From positions 1 to 35,773 of the forward strand of contig CALSCP010001412.1 of NCBI GenBank assembly GCA_943704425.1: a DNA stretch of 35,773 nt, read 5' to 3'. The stretch's first letter is position 1. Each line of letters begins with the position of its first letter. This DNA comes from Ministeria vibrans ATCC 50519 (Eukaryota; Protista; Filasterea). Below are positions 1 through 12,824 of this stretch, in pieces. The notes beneath the pieces are model-generated. The model made no database searches. It was not told the DNA's origin and saw only the letters and a list, made by a program, of their open reading frames with translations. A program made the position numbers and the translations under genes.

Positions 1-2004
1 CATTGATAAAGGAGACATCTACAAGGATGGTGGTTGCAGCAAGAGGGTCGTTGGCCGGCTGACGCAGGGTCATTGTGCCGACCATTTCGGGTCCAGTGAA
101 CGTGGCGACGGCCGTCAACATTTCGGGGGTACTGCGGCCAATGTTGGCACAACCAACGCGTGCTCCAGTGGCATTGCTGTGGAGAACAACGGATCGCCCT
201 TGGACCGCCTGTGGACCAAAGAGGGGAGTGTTGAAGTCAAGGAAGGAGACGTTGAGCGCGTTGGCAAGGGGTCCCCATCGACCAGTGAGATCGCCGAGTT
301 CGCATGCGCTGTACTTGAAGGGCGACAAAGGGTTGCACAGCAGCGTGTAGTTACTTGCCGTTGCATCCACACTGCTCGGGTTGTAGTGGCCACCGGCGGT
401 CGCACACACAGTCGACGGCTGAGCGGACTGCAACGGAAACTGATGGATGTGCCAGGGATTCGGGGTGTCAGTGGCGCCCTGGGTATACGCTGTGATGGTT
501 GTGGGTGAGAACTCCTCAAATTGCTCAAATCGGATAGATCCAGATACGCCACCGTCAACAAACACCGTCTGCCGAAAAGGAGGATAAGACGTATTAGAAT
601 AATATTAAATTTATAATAATGATTTTGCATATGATTATAGCTTACCTCAATCATCGTCGGTGCCACCTATAAATGAAAAAAAGATAAATTTATCATTAAT
701 AACATGAGTAAAAAAAAACGCACAGGATGCATAATTATTATTCTTGTTGTGTACCTCTTCAAAAGTGGCGCAAGCAAGCGAGTATGGAGACTGGTCGGAG
801 GCCTCAACACGAACAGACTTGCCAATGACGGAAAAGGGTCCGCTCAAAGGCATAAAGATGTTAGTGTTGACTGCGTTGGTGGGCATGATGAGATCGCCAT
901 GGAGTCGCGAGAGGTTGCCGATGCGGCTCAGGCAATCCTGCTTGTCGATGAGAGTTTCGAGGCGGCACAGACGCTCTACTTCCGCCGCATCCGTTGTATT
1001 TTTTAGCATATTGTCCAGAGTAGTGATGGTATCCTGGAGGGCTGAGCCAGTAGAGAGGCAGCGCCGCTCGTCCGGTGTGCTTGCGAGGTTGTCGTCGGTC
1101 ACGGGCGCAATGGTAACGTCCCACTGGTGCGCCGTACCGGTTGACGGGATCGACCAAGGCAAACCACGATTGTAGTCAACGAGTGTTATGATCGTCGTGG
1201 CTGCATCGGACTGGTCGTAGTCCTGCTCGAGCGTAACGGTGCCAAGAATGAGAGACTCAGGTGGAAAAGTCGCCACCGCTCGACGCACACGTCGGGTGGG
1301 AACAATGTTGGCACAGGCCACGGGTGTATTGGTGGCGGTCTCCAGGAACATGCCGTGCCCCATGATGGATTCAAAGCCATACATTGTCATGTTGTGGTCG
1401 GTGATCACACGAACGCCGTTGGTCAACGGACTGCAAGAGACAAGGCAGCAAAGGATAAGACAGCGCCGCCCACCCTACCACGGGTGGCATCGACGTACCC
1501 AAAGCGGCCGGTGATGGCACCCAGCGGGCACCCTTCCAGCGTCGTTGGCGTGCATGGAATGATGTGGTTCATGACGGGAGTTCTGAAAAAGTAGAAAAAA
1601 AAAAAACATGAATGAATGAGAGACGTACAGCGCTGGACGAGGCGGTGCTCGGCTGGTACGGAGCGTACGGAGAGAAACGAGGGCTCGCCACGCACTGGTT
1701 GGTGACGACACGCTGAATGCCAATGATAAGCTGGTTTACATCGGAAGGGAGTCCGACAAACTCCAACGTGATAATCGTTGGAGCGGTTCGGTTCGCCTGC
1801 GCAAACGTCACCTGGCCCTGAACGCCTTGAGAGACTCCGTTGAGGAAGACGGCGCGGGCAAATGCAGCGCCTACACACAAATTCAAAGGACGCCCAAAAC
1901 CGCTCGTCGTGTGGACCTTGGGCTGTACCTTCCGCATCCGGCTGGGCCCATCCCAGCTGCGACGCACACCACACGAGGCCCAAAACGAAGCAAAGGTGTT
2001 TCAT
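1..2004 (-). CDS. Secreted multi-domain Cu/Zn-SOD-fold protein (copper-only SOD repeat protein, CSRP-like); 3' end lies outside the window
   Basis: ATG at 2004 with signal peptide MKHLCFVLGLVWCASQLGWA. GT-AG introns include 1871-1928, 667-754 and 569-645. Exon 568->1 (not in the ORF track) translates to ...NPWHIHQFP...CATAGGHYNP...CELGDLTGRWG...PLFGPQAVQGRSVVLHSNATGARVGCANI, a SOD domain, followed by the start of a fourth domain. Two upstream SOD-like domains end in ACANIV and ACATFE. Confidence 0.85.
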
Positions 2005-2334
2005 TGAGGGTATACAACACGCGAAAAAGGGTGCTGACCAATTATTGGTAATAAGTAATTGGATATGGGGTTATTATGGGAAGTTTTTTAAATGATCAAC
2101 CCCTTGAAACGTTGAGATTTAAAAACACAGTCGATTTGGAGTCGGTTGCAAGATACGCGAGTAATATTGTGATGGCGACTTTTATTGGCGAGGAACGCGC
2201 CTGCAACAATAAACATGATTTTCACTTCCGCACTGATCTTCGAAGTGAAGATTGTGCCCACAAAAATTGTTATCAATAATAAAATTTATCAAAAGAGTTT
2301 TTTTTGATTTTTCTCAGCTTATGCTTTTTTGACC

Positions 2335-4428
<2,094 letters not shown>

Positions 4429-4836
4429 ATCAATTTTGAGTACTTTTTCCACACACGCACATATATATATAATTATATAGTATTACATTATTTATTATAT
4501 ATTATAATAATTATATACTTACAAACATCAATAAAACATCATTCAAATTTATTCATTTACGATTCGTTCTGAAAATTGAGTAGCTCTCTGAGGCATAAAT
4601 AAATAACATAGTAATTTGGAGCCTTACAGAGTGATTGAGTGAGTCTGAGCTCTCGACTATCTATTATTATCATTATTATTATTAATAATATTATCATCAT
4701 AATTATTATTAGTATTGTAATATATTTTTACTAACATCGTATTTTGGTCTATTTAACGCGTTTGGCCCACTCGAATGAAATCACAATAGAAATAGAAGTA
4801 GGACTGGAGTCTAGAGTAACAGTTTATTTACCCTCC

Positions 4837-4952
4837 ATGAACTATTTGAGCACCCCCGTACTTGCTACACTTGCGTGTGGCTCTCTTGCAGCGGTGTATA
4901 TTTTCAGAATATCGCGTCGCAAAAAGTGTCCGGTCGACGACGAAGGTCTGTC

Positions 4953-4983
<31 letters not shown>

Positions 4984-6656
4984 GTCGCGCCTCACCCCCT
5001 CACCCACGCATCCCGCCCGTGCACAGCAGCTTGGATGGAGCCCTACTGGCGCCCTGAGACGGTCCACGGCAGGCGTCTTCGCGTGTTTGTTCGTCCGCAC
5101 GCCAACCCACTCCGCCCCGTCCTCTTCTTTCTCCACGGCGCCGGCGGCCAGGCCGAGCAGTGGAGCGAGCAACTTGCTCTCTTTGCCAATTACGCCACAG
5201 TCGTCTCCATGGACATGGTCAGTCGTCACACACACACAAACACACACTCAGAGTGACACAGACTCACAGCGAACTTTTCTGTCTCATTGTGTATTACACA
5301 GGTGGGCCACGGACAGAGCGAAGTGCGACCAGAAGCCGCATGCTACTCTCGCGACTCATATGTTGCCGACTGGTCTGTGGTCATGAGCAAATACTTGTCG
5401 TCGGGTGGGGACAATCACATCGTTGCTCACTCATACGGGACGTCCATTGCCGTGGCGCTGCTCGCCCAGGCAAGCGAGTCCTTCCGCCAACAGATCCGTA
5501 GTGTGACCCTTGTGTCGCTCACATCACGCGACCCCGACACACCCCCGCCACCACTTCCCTTTGCGCTCAGTCTTCCGGCGCCCCTCCTCTCCCTCTTGCG
5601 CCTGTGGGATCGCAAAGAGGGCGCCTCATCGGCCTCCGTCTCGCGCATCCTGCACTCGTCTGCGCCCCTGTCACTCCGTCAGCGCCAGCTTAAATGGAAT
5701 GCCGCCACTTCAAGCCACGTGGTCAAAGCAATGATGTCTCAACTTGTGCGCCCCACTCCCGATGAATTTGCAGGTTAGAGAAAAGAAATATTAATCATAA
5801 TAATAATCATAATAATAATCATAATCATAATAATAATCATAATCATAATAATTATTATTATAATTATTATTATAATTATTATAATAATTATTATGAATAT
5901 TAATTTTATTATTTTGTAGCTGCCTTACCTATGCCTGTACTGCTCATCAGTGGAGCAGACGATCATCTGACTCCCGCCTCGAGCAACGTGGGGCGAGTCG
6001 AGCGTGTGCTGGGATCGCGTGCTCAGGTGGCCGTGCTGCCACAGTGCGCACATCAGCCCATGGTGGAGCAGAGCTCTCTCTTCAACGCCCTCCTCGCCCG
6101 CCACATTGCATGCATTGACTCTTCCTCTCCCTCTCTGCCCTTCCATCCACCTGCCCATCCCCCCATCCCGTCGCCCACCGTCCTCTCCCTCGTCCACTCC
6201 ACCCTCCTCTCGTCTCTCCTTCCCCTTTCCTCCCTTCCTTCCTCTCCACTGCCTTCTTCCGTTTGCGCTCTCATCGACACCACTTCCGTCGCACCTCTCT
6301 CGTCTCACCCGTCCCTCTCCTCCCACCCGTACATCAAGACACCTCTCTCACCTCTCCCGTCCCATTCGGCAGTGCTTTCTCTCGTCGACACGATCCACCG
6401 TGAGCGTCGTCGCGCTCTCTCCTCCTCCTCCTCCCCGACTTCCACTACCGTTGCCCTCCTCTCTCCGCCGGATGCCACACGTTTTCTTCTCGCCGCCTTC
6501 CTCCTCTCCACTCTCCCGTCACCTTTTGACGTTGCCCTCCTCCTTGCTGCCCTTCCCCTTGCCCCCCTTGCCCATCTCCCTCCCCTCTCTCAGCATCAGC
6601 AGAACGAGCTCTTCCTACGCTACTCTCACTTACACACACAGTCACAGCAAAAATGA
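4837..6656 (+). CDS. Alpha/beta hydrolase, ABHD8-like, with N-terminal hydrophobic anchor and S/P/L-rich C-terminal extension
   Basis: LFFLHGAGG oxyanion motif, DM|VGHGQS, AHSYG nucleophile elbow, PVLLISGADDHLTP (acid) and CAHQPMVE (His); three GT-AG introns. Confidence 0.85.
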
Positions 6657-6771
6657 TTCGAAATGATAATGATTGTAAGAAATAAAAGAAAAGTATAAGG
6701 TATTTTACAATGTACAAAAAGAATAGAAATAGAGAGAAAGAGCAACGTGATAGAGAGTGTGAGAGAAAGAG

Positions 6772-7611
6772 TCAGTATTTTCTCCTGCTCCACCAGCCGC
6801 CTGTCTTCTTTTCGCCATTCCACGTCTTGAACGTATTGAGCGTTACCAAGTTGGTCGGTGCTGCGACCCCTTCGCCTGGCATGATCAGCCGCAGCACACG
6901 CAGTGGCTCCATACCCAAGAGCTCGTGCCACAGCCCAACCTGGTCGCATAATTGCCCTGCATACTGTCGTTCGATGTTGTTCAGGTTGCGAATGTCCTCC
7001 TGAGACTGGTTGCCGCGTATGAAATCGCCAACACGCACACGCACACGCTCATACACATTCATTGTGGGAGTCACCAGGGCAGGCCACTCTCGAATGCGAT
7101 TACGCAACACAAGACGCGACGATGCATTGGAGCCGCTCGGCGTACGGTCGTGCAGACACACTGGCAGCGGTGGCGGATTGGTCTCGGTGAACTCCTCAGC
7201 ATCGCTGTCCTCCACACAAATCACCTCCGGCGTCTGCGCCGTGGTCGCCGCCCGCCCCCTTGCCTTGCCCCCCTCCCCTCTCCTCCTCTCCACGCGGGCC
7301 TCCCCCTGCCCGTCGGCCGTCGTCGTCGTCGTCGTCCTGTCTGTGTCTTCGTCTTCGACAACAATGGCACACCCTTCCAGCAGCACCGACGAGTCGGTGT
7401 TGTTGTCGTCGTCGTCATCCCCAATACCATACTCGTCTAAATCAACCACCTCTGGTTCAGCGACAGCCGTCACTCGTGCCCGCTGGGGAGTTGCAGTGAC
7501 TGGCGGTGACTTGCGCCCGACTGCCCGCTTCTTCTTTGCCGGCGTGTCCTCTTCATCTTCCACAAATCGTGCTGGGAGTTTGCGAGATCGATGTGTACGG
7601 ACGGGATGCAT
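6772..7611 (-). CDS. Hypothetical protein: disordered N-terminus with NLS-like and SIM-like motifs, then an unrecognised C-terminal domain. The start could be upstream, up to 7701.
   Basis: Uninterrupted GC-rich ORF of 280-309 aa between AT-rich spacers; contains PAKKKR, EVVDLDE and EVICVEDSD. Confidence 0.65.
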   Translation of the reverse strand: MHPVRTHRSRKLPARFVEDEEDTPAKKKRAVGRKSPPVTATPQRARVTAVAEPEVVDLDEYGIGDDDDDNNTDSSVLLEGCAIVVEDEDTDRTTTTTTADGQGEARVERRRGEGGKARGRAATTAQTPEVICVEDSDAEEFTETNPPPLPVCLHDRTPSGSNASSRLVLRNRIREWPALVTPTMNVYERVRVRVGDFIRGNQSQEDIRNLNNIERQYAGQLCDQVGLWHELLGMEPLRVLRLIMPGEGVAAPTNLVTLNTFKTWNGEKKTGGWWSRRKY

Positions 7612-7910
7612 TGATGTGGAATGAAGGAGGTCAGAATGACAACGAGAATGACTCATTGATGAGTGATTGATCATGATTTGATGATGACTATTCCATTGCA
7701 ACCAAACTAGTCCCTCCTCATCGACAGAAAGAAAGAGAGAAAGAGAGAATGAGAAACAAAGAAAGAGAAAGAACTCGTACTTTACGAGCTTCGGATCATA
7801 CGGTACTGGTACGCAGTCCTAGACAATCGCACTGTAATCGCAATTCAAGTCGGACTAAGAACCAAGGCACATTTTCCAGTACAATAATTCACATTTCATT
7901 TCACCACTAT

Positions 7911-8926
7911 TTACACCAAGAGATCTGCAATGAGCGCCTCGTCTTCTTCGCACTCCCCCTCGTCGCTCCCGCGCCGTCTCTTCCTCCTTTCTTTCGTTGC
8001 TCGACCTTCATCCCACTCACTGAGCTCTCCCTTTCGAGCCTTGCGCAGTCTTGTCCCACACTCGTCGCACAATCGCACTTTCACCAGCGCATTGTGTTTC
8101 GTGCCACCCTCCACATACGCAAAGTTAACCTCGTACGAGCGCAGGGGCACGTCGCTCGCACCGGCCGTACAGCCACTCAGCGACCCACACGCAAACTGTC
8201 CCTTGCCCGACACAACCTCACGCTCCGTGCGCCACCGCATTGCAATCTGTCCCGTTCGATACCGACTCAAGTCAACCAGTGCATATTCTACGAGACAGAC
8301 AAATACGTAATGTGAGGTAAAACAACAACGCAACGCAACACTCTGACTCACCTTTGAAGAGTTGATCGTAGTAGTTCTTGGCCAATTGCTTCTCCCAGCC
8401 CTCGCTTGAATCGGCCTCGGACCATAGAAATCTATGCAAGCAAGAGGGCTCAAGGGAAGGAGGAGTAAGATGGCTCACGTACTTGTGGTGGTCGCGCAGC
8501 ACATCGACGTCGGTGCGCTCCTCTGCCGCACGCTCCGCCGCTCGTCGTTCCATGTGTGCCTTTCCGCCATAGTAGTGGATGTAGTCGTGCATGAGCTTCC
8601 TGTGGCGCGAGTACGCATCCATGGCAGCCAGGCCGCGAACGAGCCCTCCGCCGACGCGATGTGCGACGGCCGTCCGCTCTTGTCTGCGAGAGAGGCAATT
8701 AATACCATGTCCGCTCTAAGCGTCAAGCAAGCAACAATCCCCACGGTGTCCCCCCATACGTTGCCGGGCCCAGCGCCGCGCGGGCTGCCCCAGTGTCGAC
8801 GCTGTCGTCGGCTGACTCCGCTCGCCGTCGCCGCTGCTTCTTTCGTGACTTCATCTCACGCGCCCCGTCGACGTCGCCGCACACCGAAGTCGTGGTACTC
8901 TCTTCGTACTCCGACCCAAACTCCAT
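7911..8926 (-). CDS. FRA10AC1: FRA10AC1 homologue (spliceosome-associated)
   Basis: MDAYSRHRKL..DY..YY, TDVDVLRDHHKFLW, WEKQLAKNYYDQLFKEYALVDLSRY, MRWRTEREVVSGKGQFACG and LRSYEVNFAYVE..KHNALVKVRLCDEC; three GT-AG introns. Confidence 0.93.
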
Positions 8927-9046
8927 GACGGCCAGTACGGGTGGACTGTCAAGATTAAAACTGAAACTGTGTCAGCTAAAGATTCAAAATGACAATTATT
9001 TTCTTTTAACGATTAGTGTGTGCTCGTCCATCGAATCGCTCTCAGC

Positions 9047-10595
9047 ATGCTTTCGGTACTGCGCGCCCCTCTGCGTGCCCGTGGCTCACCGTGCGTCTTG
9101 TGTAGCATTTCCGCCGCGCGTCCCGTCCGCTCGGCCGTCAGATGCTCTCTCTGCGCCTCCTCTCCTCCTCGCCGCCCGTCTTCTCGTCGACCTCCGTCTC
9201 CATGACCAGTAGCAACACTGGCGTGTTCCATTTAGTCCTGCCTGGTCTTCGAGGGTGAGATTTCCTCAAACAGAGAGAAAAAAAAAGTTTTTTGTTGTCG
9301 ATAGGAAAGAGTCTGTTGCGGATCCTGCGCAAAAGAAGAGACGTCCGCGTCTCTCGCACCCCGCCCGACCCTGCGCGGTCTGTCACCGCCGTGTTAACTC
9401 GCGTCGAATCGCCTGCCGTCTCTCTTTTGGTTTCTCCCTATCGTTTGCTTTTTTTTCTCCTTCTCTCTCTCTCTCTCTCTCTCTCACTCTCACTCTCCCT
9501 CACACACTCACTTTGTAGGGCGCCTCCGTGCCAACACACTCTGTTTCCCGCCACCAACGTGTCCACTCTGCGCAAGTCGATCATTGAGGAGGACTCACAC
9601 ATTGAGACAGTGACCATCACCACTCAAGACGGAACCAAGGTTTGACTTGTTGTCTTCAATTGTACGACAATTGCTGACCTATTGCATGTGTTAGGTTGCC
9701 GGTGCGACCCCCATGAGCATTTTGCTTCAGGAACCTTTTGTGTTGCGCGTCAATGGAGACGAAGTGAATGTGCAGCCTCCCGAAAACGGTATGAGCGAAT
9801 GAATGAAACCAAAGACTCACCTCAAGTCTGTGGCTCTCGATGTCTCTTTCTCTAGCGCGCTTGTTTGCGCCTGAGACTGCCGTGATGCGGTTTAAAGAGA
9901 CTGTGGCGGAGCTGCATGCGTCGCTTGCAGTGCAGGACCACATTGAGTCACGCGAGGAGAAGCTCAAGCGACTCAAAGACGAACTGGCACCACTGGAAGA
10001 TATGCGCGACTCACTGACAGTATACACAGCGATAGATAGTGTGTGTGTTGTACGTGCGTGCAGCCTCTCATACGTGCATATATGTCTTGTTTGTGTAGCA
10101 AAAGGCGAAGAAGAAGACACGGATGTTTGCGTGGGGTCTGCTCGGAGTGATGAGTCTGCAGTTTGGTGTGCTCGCCAGACTCACTTACTTTGAATATTCG
10201 TGGGATAGTAATGACACACATAACTCCCATTTTAATGACATGACGGGTCCGCTAACACGTGGCTTGTGGTTCATTAGTTGTTGAACCTCTGTCGTACTTT
10301 GTTGGCTCGGGCACAGCTCTCATTGCGGCTGGATACTACATGTTGAAGGTATTCTAACCTGTTCTATTGGAAATTGCTCTCTGTGTGTGTGTGTATGTGT
10401 GGTGTCAGTATTTGTCTTGTATATATACCAGTGTGTCACTCGTATCTCGTGGTGTGTCACTATTTGTCTTGTGTGCATCTATGATCGTCTTATGAATGTT
10501 GCTCGTTTGTCGATTTCGTCTGCACTCTTCATCCCCACGCGCGACGATATTGCTATACTAATAATAAAATTTAATTAATAATAATAATAATAATA

Positions 10596-10666
<71 letters not shown>

Positions 10667-10920
10667 ATTTTTTTTTTATTGTTGTTATTATTATCGATTT
10701 ACTCCCTATAATGTGATTAATAATGTACAGTCGCTGACACGGATGTGATGTGCAGGAAAAAGACTTTGACTTTGCTGGGGCACAGGAGCGGAAGGAGCTT
10801 GAGCTGCTGCACAAGGGCGCGCGAAGAGCTCACTTTGACGTTTCGCACTACAACGACCTGAAGGCGACGGTCGAGCGCAGTGAGCGCGAACTCGCAAAGT
10901 TGCGCGGGCAGTCATTTTGA
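9047..10920 (+). CDS. MCU: Mitochondrial calcium uniporter pore subunit
   Basis: The spliced product has an Arg/Ser-rich presequence (MLSHFRRASRPLGRQML), an N-terminal domain, a coiled coil, TM1 [34 protein letters not shown] (DIME-type filter split by intron 10208-10277), TM2, and FDVSHYNDLK before TGA at 10918-10920. Confidence 0.9.
10575..10664. repeat. (TAA)n immediately followed by (TTA)n microsatellite in the last MCU intron
   Basis: Seen directly; the two halves are self-complementary. Confidence 0.95.
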
Positions 10921-10928
10921 GCAGTGTT

Positions 10929-10966
<38 letters not shown>

Positions 10967-11012
10967 AGAGAGAAAATGCAGAAACGTATAGAACACCTTT
11001 TTTTACATGACA

Positions 11013-12765
11013 TTATTTTACAGAGAGGACATTGTTTGATGTGTACGAGTGGAGGACAAAGGACAGTTCGCAGTGAGGATTGAAGGTGGACGCGACGGCA
11101 AAGTACTCGGCGGGTGGTAGACGAACAGCGGACAATGTTGCGCCGGAGGCGGAGGCGGTGTAGTTACCGGAGGAGGCAATAGCGTCGGATGGGGATAGGG
11201 CGGTCGACGCCTTGAGGGTGGACGGGAAGAGAGCAACGTTGAGACACGGAAAGAGCGACGAGGGTTCGGTAAGACGGAGGCGCAGAAAAATGTGAGCAGG
11301 GGTGTCGGGTGTGGTAACGGTGAAGAAGAAGCGCGGGTTGCGGTGGTAGAGGCCGTGGTTGGCACAGCCGGCGGCCGACGGACCCGACCAGCGGCCACGG
11401 TGCACGGCAGATACACTGCGGTGGCCCTCGGGAGGCTCGGGGGCTCCGCCCATAGGGAGTGCAAGGAGCGCACTGTGGGCGGGCGACGCAGTGTGAATAA
11501 GCAGGTGGAAGGGCGCCGGACGATGAGGCTCGTACGTGGAGACGACCAGCCGAAAGACGGCGGCCCGTGCAAGAGAGCAGCGCAACGTCACAATGCCTTC
11601 GCGAAAGGTCTTTGTGAAAGCAGTCATGGTGCGCTCGGGGTCCGTGGCAAACACGACGGGCGCACCTCCCGCACGAGACGCCAGCAGAGCGCGCTCAGCA
11701 TCACTCTCGCGGTACACATGCAAGCCCACGCTGAAGCCCTTGGGTGCCTTGAGCGTCAGCAACACATCAACGGGCTCCGCGTGTGCACTGCCACTCACCC
11801 CACTCACACTCAGACGGAACTGCGGGTTCAAGAAGAACGTTGGGTGATTCGAGCACCCTCCGCTTGTCTCGCGTGTCCACTCGCTTTTCACTGTCGCACA
11901 CAAATGCGCAAACGGATTTGCCAGAGAGGTCAGTCGAAACGATGCGCTAAACCAATCATAGCATTAAAAATTGTTTTAAAAAAAACTCAACAATGTGGTA
12001 CCCAAACACCCTGAGAGTATAGTCAATTGTGGTTTTCTTCTGCAGCTGAGACGGCACAAGGACAAACGAGTGTGAGCCAATGGACGCAATGGGTATCTTC
12101 GCCAAATAGTGCGGACTGTTAATCTTGGTGCCTTCAATCAGTGCTAAACGAGACGACCCCGTTTTAGATTCACTCCTTTCGCTTCCTCTTCTTACGTGTC
12201 TCAGAAGCAGAATGAATAAAGTTTTCTCCGCGAAACACGTGAAGTGTAATAAACTCCTGATTCTCCGCAAAATCAGACTAAAAAAAGAAGAATGCAAACC
12301 TAGTGTGTCAGACTTGCCGGCAATTCAAAATCAATTTAATAAATTAATAATAATTATTATTACTATAGTAATAATATAATTTATATTAAAACTGTTTTGA
12401 GACCTTTTCGGTGATGTGACGAGAGAGGAGAACCCACACGTCTCTGATTTGAGTGGCATCGACACGCAACAGATACTGAGGGTTACTGCTCATGTCGTAA
12501 TGATCCTGTGGCATATGGGTGAGATGAATAACAAACCCCTAACACGTAAAGGAAAGGGAAAGGTACCTTGACGGGCCCTGCGTGGTGGGGCCAGGAAGCA
12601 TGGATGGAGGTCTTCATGGGAAAAAGAGATGGGTCCCAGTTGGCATACAGCACATCAAAAAAGGCACATACAATGGGCCAAGGCATCCAGAACACCCCCG
12701 TGTCCCCACCGCCCACTACGCCGCCACCAGTATAATATTAATTAATTTTGTTGTTGTTGTTGTTA

Positions 12766-12824
<59 letters not shown>

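Noticed and set aside
75-666. ORF-track proteins 75-350, 115-666 and 179-508
   Set aside because: Wrong frame or strand; the real exon is the open minus-strand frame 568->1 encoding a SOD domain.
9047-10920. Apparent frameshifts and in-frame stops suggesting pseudogenes or a non-standard genetic code
   Set aside because: All resolve with short GT-AG (or two GC-AG) introns; TAA, TAG and TGA are all used as terminal stops.
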